From: Chlorokybus atmophyticus
Lineage: Eukaryota > Plantae > Mesostigma and Chlorokybus algae
Reading direction: 5' to 3'
Length of the DNA stretch: 64,000 nt
Assembly: GCA_009103225.1 (NCBI GenBank)
Contig: RHPI01001715.1
Coordinates: 958,011-1,022,010, forward strand
Shown here piece by piece: positions 24,665-34,263 of this stretch; the stretch's first letter is position 1; each line of letters starts with the position of its first letter. The notes under the pieces were generated by a model. The model was not told the DNA's origin. It searched no databases and saw only the letters and a list, made by a program, of their open reading frames with translations. A program made the position numbers and the translations under genes.

Positions 24665-25420
24665 ATGAAGGGACAGGGATAGGGATAGGGATAGGGATAG
24701 GGATAGGGGTAAGGGTAGAGGTAGGGGTAGTGTGATAGGGAGACGGATAAAGATAGGGGTTGGGATAAGGGATAAGCATTAGCATATGTAGGGATGGGAA
24801 TAAGGTTACCGATGTGGATAGAAATGGAGGTAGTGTGATATTGATAAAGATAGTACTAATACTAACGGTAGGGATAAAGGGTAGGGATAAAGGGTAAGCA
24901 TTGTGATGTGGATAGGGATAAGGATATGGATATGGGTAGGGGTTGTTTAATGGAGAAGGGATAAAGATAAGGGAAGGGATATGGATAGGCAACGCGATAG
25001 AGACATCGTTGGAGGTGACTATTCGGACAAGGGATAGGCATATGGGTAGTGGTAGTGTGATAGAGATTGGTGTAGGGAAAGTGGATGAGGAAAGCTGTTG
25101 GGGTATTACCAGTAAACGGTTACCATTGAATCAATAATAAAGTAATAATAGGGATGTGAATAGGAACGTCCATTCTAATCTTTATTCATATCCTCATCTG
25201 TATCCTCATCACTATCTCCATCCCTTTTTTTATCCATGTGACCATTGATATATTCACACCCTATACAAAATAAATAGCTCGGTTGCTATTCATTCAACCA
25301 TATTAAACTATGTGTTATTCTCATATCAAACTTATCAATATAAGTACTTATAAGTAGTATCCTTTGCCATATCTCTATCCTTATCACTATGACTATCCTG
25401 ATCCCAATTACCATCACGAC
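24665..25420. repeat. Degenerate (GGGATA)n simple-repeat region followed by an opposite-orientation TATCC-rich tract
   Basis: GGGATAGGGATAGGGATAGGGATAGGGATAGGGG at about 24676-24710; purine-rich until about 25100, pyrimidine-rich from about 25170 to 25420. Confidence 0.8.
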
Positions 25421-25441
25421 ATCAAGTTCACACGCCAACTA

Positions 25442-25571
25442 CCGTGTTTACTTCATCAGAGTCCCCCCTCGAATAAAGTCCCCATTAAAGCATTGTTTTC
25501 GAATCATTTCATCCTTAATAGAGGAGGGGGAGGACTGTATAAAAGTGGGGACATAAATGGAGTGAATACGG
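25442..25571. mobile_element. ~130-bp MITE related to the adjacent pogo element
   Basis: TA|CCGTGTTTAC..AGTCCCCCC ... GGGGGAGGACTG..GTGAATACGG. Confidence 0.55.
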
Positions 25572-26317
25572 CAGGGTACCGAGCGGAACACACGGCGCTA
25601 TCCCTACCGTATTTACCCTAACACAGTCCCCCCCTTTTTATACAGTCCCCCCCTCGATTTTGCTGAGGGGGACTGTGTACGGGGGGGGACTGTGTTACAG
25701 TAGGGGGGACTGTGTTGTGTAGCTGGGCGCAGCACAGTCCCCGCCCATGATACGTCATCCAACCTTCAAGTTACGCCCATGGTCGTAATTGGGATTTTCT
25801 GGCGCCGAAACAGCGGCGTTAGGGTTGTTGAGCTGGTTGGCGAGGTTGTTGAGGTGGGGCGGCGGTGAACATGGTGGGGGCGAGAGCTGCAAGGCATGCA
25901 GCGCGCAACCGCCTGGAAAGAGAAGCTGCTGCTGCCAAGGAGGCTGCCAAGATAGTTGCTGAGGCGGCAGCCAAGGCACGTGAGGCGGCCGCCAGGCTTG
26001 CGACAGAGGCGGCAGCAGAGCAGCTGGACGCCGGTGGTGAGCGGCCCACCGGCGTCCAGAAGCGCGTCAATGCTGCCCGCACCAACAACGGGCGCAATAG
26101 GAGGTACAAGCGGCGAGCATTCACATGCCACCAAAAGGTATGTTTATGCAATGTGCTTTGTGTATTGGTAATAATGCATGCTGTTACTGCTCAGCACAAT
26201 CAGCGTGTGCATATGCAAGTTTGCTTAGCAGTGTTGTGTGCTGTGTGTACTTGTGACAATGCATGCTATCACTGCTCAGCACAATAAGGGTGTGCATTTG
26301 CACGTGTACTTAGCTGT

Positions 26318-27068
26318 GCTGCGTGCTGTGACAATGCATGCACGCTCACACACTTGCATGCACGTGACGCATGTGTATGCGTGCATGCACTGTTGCTGCG
26401 TGCTATGTGTCTGGCTGGCGTGACCAACAAAGTGTTACATGGCAGCGCAAGTTCATTGACATTGCCAAGCATCTTGGCATTAAAAGAACCGAGCGCACGG
26501 CATCCACGCCAAGAGCTTGCGGAACTGGCTTAAGCTTAAGAGCTAGAGATCAAGTCTGCATGTGCAAGTGATTGTAGGCTAAAGGGTGGCGGGAGGACAC
26601 TCTCAATTCCAGAGCTTGACACTCTTGTGTACAACTACATTGTTGATAAGAGGTCGCGTGGGTTGGGAGTGACACAAGGCATGATCATGATGCTGTGCTG
26701 CGTGCTGTGACAATGCATGCACGCTCACACACTTGCATGCACGTGACGCATGTGTATGCGTGCATGCACTGTTGCTGCGTGCTATGTGTCTGGCTGGCGT
26801 GACCAACAAAGTGTTACATGGCAGCGCAAGTTCATTGACATTGCCAAGCATCTTGGCATTAAAAGAACCGAGCGCGAGCACGGCATCCACGCCAAGAGCT
26901 TGCGGAACTGGCTTAAGCAAGAGCTAGAGATCAAGTCTGCATGTGCAAGTGATTGTAGGCTAAAGGGTGGCGGGAGGACACTCTCAATTCCAGAGCTTGA
27001 CACTCTTGTGTACAACTACATTGTTGATAAGAGGTCGCGTGGGTTGGGAGTGACACAAGGCATGATCA
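26318..27068. repeat. Tandem duplication (~375 bp x2) of an intron/exon segment of the pogo transposase
   Basis: About 26318-26690 and about 26693-27068 are near-identical; the first copy has small indels that shift the frame. Confidence 0.88.
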
Positions 27069-27109
27069 GGGTATGTTTATGCATGTGGTACACTTGTGTT
27101 TGCATCAAG

Positions 27110-27780
27110 GGCTGCACGCACTTGCACGCACACACGCACGCGCACAGCTGCACCACTCTAGCATGCACACGCACACGGAGCTGAACCATGCACGCACGCA
27201 CACGCACACGCACTCCCGCACGCACACGCACGCGCACACGCACACACATGCACGCAGCTGCACACACACTCACGTACATGGCTGCACCACTCACGCACGC
27301 ATACACACACGCACGCAGCTGCACACACACACTCACGTACATGGCTGCACAACTCACGCACGCATACACACACGCACGCAGCTGCACACACACACACTCA
27401 CGCACGCAGCTGCGCCAGCTGCACACCCACGCACCACTCGCACACGCACACGCAGACGCACGCAGCTGCACACACACACGCACTCACACGCACGCAGCTG
27501 CACCACTCGTGCCCGCACTCATGCACCCACACGCACACGCACATGCACACGCAGACGCACGCAGCTGCACACACACGCATTCACACGCACGCATCTGCAC
27601 CACTCGCGCCCGCACTCATGCACGCACACGCACACGCACGCACGCAGCTGCACACACATGCACACACATGCAACAATGCACTGCACACGCACGCGCACAC
27701 GCACACGTATCTCAAGGGCACAACCACACACACGCACGCTGGTACACTCAGCAAACGCACACACCAGCACTTCAATAGCT
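27110..27780. repeat. Intronic CA/CACG-rich compound microsatellite
   Basis: CACACG/CACGCA low-complexity tract between a GT donor (~27071) and an AG acceptor (~27802). Confidence 0.9.
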
Positions 27781-29325
27781 CAATCAACATGCATGTGTGC
27801 AGCTGGAGGCCAAGCGGCTAGTTGCTGAACACAACGCCAACCTCAATGATGATGGCGATAAGTGGCAGTTGAAGGCCTCCCTCAATTGGGTGGTGCGCTT
27901 CATGGCGCGCCATGATCTTACTGTACGGGCACGCACTAAAGTAGGTCAGAAGCTCCCTCGTGATCTCGCACAAAAAGTTGAGGGCCACCGCATGTTCATT
28001 ACCCTCATGAAGGAGCGGCACAAGTATGCCTCCAGTCAGGTCGTCAACATGGATAAAGTTCCAGTCACGGTGGACATGCCCGCGACTCGCACGGTCAACC
28101 AGCAAGGCAGCCGCACTGTCACCATGAAAACAACAGGTGAGGCATGCATGCGCATGCAATCATTGCATGCTGATTCTGGCACAACACAACACATGTATGG
28201 CCTGGCCTCACACTCATTAAGCAGGCAACGAGAAGAAAAACATTACCGTGGTGTTGGCCTGTGCAATGGACGGCACCAAGCTACCGCCAGTCGTCATTCT
28301 AAAGCGCAAGACTCTGCCTTCTGATTTGATTATACCAGATGGTGTGGTGGTGTGGGTGAATGAAGCGGGCTGGATGGATGAGGCACACACGTGTGAGTGG
28401 GTCGAGGCGGTGATGCGCAAGCGGCCAAAGCGGGTTTTTGGCACGAGAGCGCTGCTTGTCTGGGATTCCTTTTCAGCACACATGTGTGAGTCCGTGAAAG
28501 CAGCAACGCAGGCTGGCGGTATCGATCAAGCTGTCATTCCGGGTGGGTGTACGCCTATTCTTCAACCTTTGGATGTAGGGGTGAACAAGCCTTTCAAGGA
28601 CATGCTTCGTGCAAAGGTGAGTTGCTAAAATGTGCATGTGCTGATGTTGTGAGGAGTGCACAACTCACACGCTAGGTTGCATGTAAGTTTGTGTGCGTAC
28701 CACCTGGGTGAGCTGCTCCTGGGTAAGATTGCAATAACGGTTGTCATCTTAGGTTGTCAGTCATGATTAACATTGTGCTTTGTTGGTGTATGCAGTGGGC
28801 GTTGTGGATGGCAGACCCAGCCAACCATTCCTACACTGCAGGCGGCAACTTGCGGCACGCGGACTGGTCAACCGTAGTGTCGTGGGTGCATCAGGCTTGG
28901 GAGGAGTTGTCAGTGCAGACCATCATCAATGCGTTCAAGAAGGCGGGCGTGTGTGAAGCTGATTGGACCCCGAAGCAGGTCGTTGATGACAATGCGGACA
29001 ATGTCGTCGATGTAGATGAGTTGCCGCTGGAGGTACAGGAAGAGCGTGTGATCTCAGAGTTGGAGAAGTTGCGTGTGCGCGATGAGGCCAATGCTTCAAG
29101 GGCTAACCATATCGAGCTGTCCAGTGATGAGAGCGAGCTTGATAGCATGTGTACTAGCAGTGATGATGATGCACAGGAGGATGATGGTGATGACTCTGAT
29201 GATGATCTTGTGTAGTGAGAGATTACTTGTGTTGGATGTTGTTGCTAGCATGTGTGATTCCCTCGCACGCACGCGCGCGTACGCACACACGCACGCACAC
29301 ACGCGCGCGCGCGCGCGCGCGCACA

Positions 29326-29358
<33 letters not shown>

Positions 29359-31265
29359 ACAGCAAGCAGCGCGCGTTATATGTCAATACAGTCCCCCTCA
29401 AGGAGAATACTAAAATGGGGGGGGACTCTAAGGTCAAAACACAGTCCCCCCCCCCCCCCAAATTTGCCGGGGGGGACTGTGTTCCAGGGGGGACTGTGTT
29501 GGGGTAAATACGGTATCCATGTTGCACTATCAAACTATAAAGAAACTTACGCCGACTTTATGGTACCACGCGGAACGGCAGCGAAAAAACGACGCACATG
29601 CAGCGGGCGCCGATCGGCGCTGCAAGGCAACACCTTTCAAATGCCTTGTTGCGCAATGCATCGACATAGTCGATATTTGACAAACAACGACGTAAATGAA
29701 ACGCCGACAAAGTCGGATACCCCTAAACATTGACAGCCTAATAAGGCAAGTGCATTATTGCCTGTGTTAAGTGATCGTAGCCCATAACATAGACTTCCCA
29801 TGCATCCTCGTTAATGGGATTCTCCGCAAACACCCCCTACGCTAGAGGCAAGAAAACGTTGCGGAGTTCGATTAATTGTAATTGACTGCTACATCTACTA
29901 AGTGTCAACCATACATGTGTGGGTGGCAGGCTGTCGCAAGCATGATCGCCAACCAAATGATGATTATCTTTCATCTATTGTTCTTGGGGGTTTGAGCCAG
30001 CCCATGTTGCTATTGTGCTCGATTGTTATTATATGCTCGACGATGTGTACACATTGTTGAACTCTGAGCTGCTTTTCAAAAATATGCGCACATTTTGCCT
30101 TCTTTTGTGATATCATACATGAGGGCACTTGCATGCTCTCTTTGTTGATACTAAATATCTTCCTTGCATGATGTTGCATTCAATAGCTCGTACACATTGT
30201 GTGTTTATTATGTATCAATCACATGTTGTGTAGTATTAATGCTATGTATGCATGCCAATAAACAAACTTAATTCGTTTAAACCCAATTAACAAGATTCCT
30301 CGTCAAATAACATGCTTTTAAAAACATTGACTATGATAAACTATATCGTAATAATGTAGCTTAAATGAACACCGCAACTCCCTCGGCAATGTGTAACATA
30401 GCTTACAAGTTATCTTGTTTTTGTTCATCGTAATGTTATACGTTAGCTGCAGCAAGCAGCAAATCCAATGCATACACCATATTCTTGTACCTTAACCTAT
30501 CTGTGTCATTGTTGCTTGAATATTTCTGAAAAATGCATTTTAAGCAAACACTCTCAAACTCACATACGTAGGCGTTGAAGGCTTATACCATTATACAAGC
30601 ACCTCAATTTACGAACATTTAAGTGTGGCATACTGCAATAAGTAAGCCATTATTATAAGTTGTCCATTTAAACATTCAGCATCACGCAAATTGAATTTAA
30701 TATGCGGTCAAGTCTTTGCGTTGCCTTGATTTTATTATATTTAAAGGCTCCTAAAGTTTGTTTAACACAAAATGTGTGTAATGTACGTCTAATCTAAGTA
30801 CAGTGCAATAATACAATAATAATATACATGAACATCTATGACTTTTCCTTTATTTTCATAACTATTCACATCGAAGTTTGGCCCAACCCTAACCACACAT
30901 GACACTTCGTAATTAAATGTGTGGGCCTCAAAATACCAGTAACGAGATCTTACCTCCCGCTAATAAAAACCGTTTTTCTGATTGCGTTTACGCGAATCAC
31001 AACCCACATTTGCATTATTCATACCCATAGCAACACGACCATGCCATTCGCTTGGCTATGCTATTGTCATTAGCCAGCACCACGACACGATAAACACTGC
31101 AACACTGTGAAATGGGTTAAATAAGGGCATCGTGATTTTGAAGGCAGCATGCACACTTGTGCTGGCACAGTGCGTGCAAGAGACACAATGTACTTCAGAG
31201 GAAAGGATTCGGTGCATACGCTATAAAAGCTAGCAGTAGCGCCCCCCCCCCCCCCCCCCCCCCNT

Positions 31266-31457
31266 ATAGAAGGAGATTGGAAGTATGAAGTGGAGGGTAT
31301 AATAACCCATAAAGGCCGGAAAGGCAGATCTCCCAGTTACTTTGTGAAATGGAAGGGTCATCCGTTCGAAGCATGTGAATGGGTTGACGAACCTAACATG
31401 CGATCACCGCTTCTGATAAAGAAATATTGGAGGGAGCTAACGGTTGCCCAAAGATGA
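31266..31457 (+). mobile_element. Chromodomain (integrase C-terminus) of a Ty3/gypsy chromovirus, directly after an assembly break
   Basis: YEVEGIITHKGRKGRSPSYFVKWKGHPFEACEWVDEPNMRSPLLIKKYW. Confidence 0.85.
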
Positions 31458-31616
31458 AGTCCAGGTAGGTCCATTTTCTGAAAATATATATTATCCGCCT
31501 TTAGAAGTAGTTCCACGTTTTGACCTATCAAGTTACTGATCATGGCTTGTTTACCTAGGTTGGAAAGCGTGGAGAAAGAAATTAAGCAGAGACGCTCAAT
31601 AACTAAGGGGGGGCAT

Positions 31617-32939
31617 TGTTACGGCCTAGCTATTACAGCTGGTCATGTACAGTGTATATATAAGTTTAATTACCAAAAGACAAAAGTTTAATGAACCTTG
31701 GTTGGATTATCTTGGTTTGTTATACAAGCTTTGAATGCGTGTGTTTGTGTTTGAGCTTTAACACAAGTGCAATGCATCGCTAATTATAGGCCTAGCTAGT
31801 TAGAGCATTTGCATGCATCTAATTAGAAGTGGTTGACTAGGAATTACCCTATTCATGAATGTATGGGCGTCTTGAGTAGGAAGATAAAAGCACATGGCTC
31901 TAGTATAATGATTTATTAACGCGATGTGGGCTTATGGGGCCAATCGCGTGAAACATCATAGGAATAAGCACGTGTAATTATAAGGTTCATTTAGGCCACT
32001 CCAAGGCGGCTTATTTGGATCAGATGAATAGAGCGAAGTAGCCTACCTTAGGGTGAACAAAAAGGACTTCGCGAAATGAGTTCGCGAAGGGATTGATTCA
32101 CCTGCGAAGTGAATCAACATAGTGAACTAAATTAGTTCACTTGTTCAATTACGAACATGAACTAAAATAGTTCACTAGGGGTTCGTAAGTGAACTAAAAT
32201 AGTTCACTGGTTCAGTTACGAACATGAACTAAAGTAGTTCACTAAGGGTTCGTGGTGAACTAAGTGAATTAAGTGAACTAAGTGAATCACCCTAATGTGA
32301 GGGGACTAATAGAAGAGGGAGCCAAAAGTGAATCACTAGTGAACTAAGTTAGTTCACTAGTAGAGTCATTCATAAAGCCGACAAGGTAGTGAACTAAAGT
32401 TGATTCACAAGTGAATCAACTATTAGATCACTTCGCGACGCGACGTCGCGACAGAAAATCGGCTATATAAGGCATTTGCCCCCTCCCGCGTGTGCCGATA
32501 CGCAGCGCATGGCAGCGCCGCCTGCCATGGCCGCAAGCACAAAAATCGCGGATTCGCATTATTGGTCACTTTGCAGAATGCCAGTGAACTAATGCCGGGT
32601 GAACTAAAATAATAATCACTTGGGTGAGTGAATGGGGATCTGGTAGAAGGCTTTAGACCAAGTAGGTCTCAGCCAAGATAGTTCCTAATAAAGCTCATGG
32701 CGATGGATTTCGCCATAAAAAAAGAGCCGGTCGCGGATGGAGGGTAGCCGCCGCACGACTTGAGCTCTGGGCTTTTGGGGCTAAGGTAGGGGTACCCAAG
32801 CTAGGTGACCATAACCCTTAAGTTACCAAGTAGTTGTTCATTCAACGAAAGGTGGTTAAGGGAGTGTACAGTCACTACATGTAAAGTGTGTGATCATTGT
32901 ACATAGTTTAAGTGATAGTTGGCCCCGCCCGGCGTAACA
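31617..32939 (+). mobile_element. LTR (~1.3 kb) of a Ty3/gypsy element
   Basis: Begins TGTTACG right after the polypurine tract AAGGGGGGG (31605-31613); ends CGTAACA; TATA-like TATATAA at about 32464; followed by PBS-like TGGCCTCGGAGC. Confidence 0.88.
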
Positions 32940-33029
32940 GCTGGCCTCGGAGCTTGGACATACGATTTTGAACCACTCAGGCCGTGGTTTGGGGCCACTT
33001 TGATTTGGAAATTAGCGCTTTCGAAGTGC

Positions 33030-34260
33030 ATGCCGAAACAACGCCGGATTGGAAATTATCACAAGTGGCGTGAGACTTTTAGTAGCGCCAGTGAAAAGGA
33101 TTACCGCGAAATAGAAGCGTATTTCGAAGAAAAAAGGCTAGTCGCGGCAATGGCGGAACAGGCGGAAACTTCGAATCCACCAATTCCCCAACTAGGGAGA
33201 AAGACGGAACGAAGGATAGCCAAGTTGTCGCAAAAATACAAGAAAATAGCCTTGGCTTGTTGCAAAGAGGGCAAAAAGGCCAAGCAAGGCATCTTGAGGT
33301 TGGTGAAGAACCTCGAGAAGAATGAGGAGGAGCTCACGCGCCTTTGCGTCCTTGGGGAGCAGAAAATGAAAGACTCGAGGACAAAATAGACTCGGTCCAA
33401 GTAGGACAAAGTACCAAGTTTTTAAAAATTCCCCCGGCATGGACAGGCAAAAAAGGGGAGGATATAGACGCTTGGTGGAACCAAGTCGAAGTGACTTTGG
33501 CTACGGTTTCAGAAAAGCAAAGGTTGGGTTTTGGCCGCGAGATACTTAGGTCCAGAACCACTTCAGTTGTGGAAGGACCATTGGTCTCATTTGGTTGAGC
33601 CCACCTTTGAATCCCTAAAGGAGTTTTTATTTAGCCAATATAGGACAATGGACCCCGGGCTTGATGCCAGGGATAAGCTATCTGACTTGAAACAATCGGG
33701 CAAGTTGATCACGGAATTTGTGAGCCAATTCACCCTGTTAGCGGCTCAGGCTGCAAATGGGGGAAGGCCATTAAGCCTGATTGAGAAGGCCAACCTATTC
33801 ATTCGAGCCTTGGATTCTAAGCTCCAAAAGCAACCAGATATTATGCGGTTGCAAAAGACCGATATATAGTGAACTCAGAAGAAGTTCACGGAGCTTGAGA
33901 ACACGGCGAGATGGGTCGGCCGGAATTTGGCTAGCATTCACAAAAGGGATAGAGAAGAGGGTGGAGACAAATCCGGGGGAGGAAAGGGAAAGAGAAGAAA
34001 AGGATTTCCCCCTCTGAGATGGAAAGTCCGGTTGAAAAGGAGAAGTCTTCAAAGACCCCTTTAAAGAAAAAGGGTAAAAAGCCGTTTGGCAAGAAACCCT
34101 TTAAGCCAGCCTACCAGGGCAAGGCAAGACTCTCCAGTGAAGAGAAGGAGAGAAGAACTCGCGAAGATTTATGCTTCAATTGTGGCGAAAAGGGCATAGG
34201 GCCTCCAAGTGCCCGAAGAAAGGAGCAAAGCCGACCGAGGATCCCGCCAAGTGACGGTGT
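33030..34260 (+). pseudogene. Ty3/gypsy gag (frameshifted)
   Basis: IPPAWTGKKGEDIDAWW, YRTMDPGLDARDKLSDLKQSGKLITEFVSQF, zinc knuckle CFNCGEKGH..CP. Confidence 0.85.
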
Positions 34261-34263
34261 GGG

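Larger units (their letters stand above)
25871..29215 (+). pseudogene. pogo transposase (HTH, CENP-B HTH, DDE_1), multi-exon, with an exon duplication
   Basis: GGGRTLSIPELDTLVYNYIVDKRSRGLGVT, KASLNWVVRFMARHDLTVRARTKVGQKLP, VVNMDKVPV (E to K), LACAMDGTKLPP, ALLVWDSFSAH, IPGGCTPILQPLDVGVNKPFKDMLR. Confidence 0.88.
25607..29513 (+). mobile_element. pogo/Tigger-like DDE transposon with TA target-site duplication
   Basis: TA|CCGTATTTACCCTAACACAGTCCCCCC ... GGGGGACTGTGTTGGGGTAAATACGG|TA; subterminal ACAGTCCCCC repeats. Confidence 0.92.

Noticed and set aside
24633-24992. Pro/Ile/Tyr-repeat ORF (PYPYPY, PIPIPI)
   Set aside because: Translation of the GGGATA simple repeat.
27073-27828. Long His/Thr/Ala- or Cys/Val-rich ORFs
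   Set aside because: Artefacts of the intronic CA-rich microsatellite.
29520-31240. Possible Helitron or other element in the AT-rich interval
   Set aside because: No Rep/helicase motifs, no TC...CTRR ends and no TIRs that I could identify.
32095-32435. CRISPR-like array (palindromic repeats with short spacers)
   Set aside because: Repeats are ~19 bp with 10-16-bp, partly repeated spacers, lie inside an LTR of a eukaryotic genome, and no cas genes are present.
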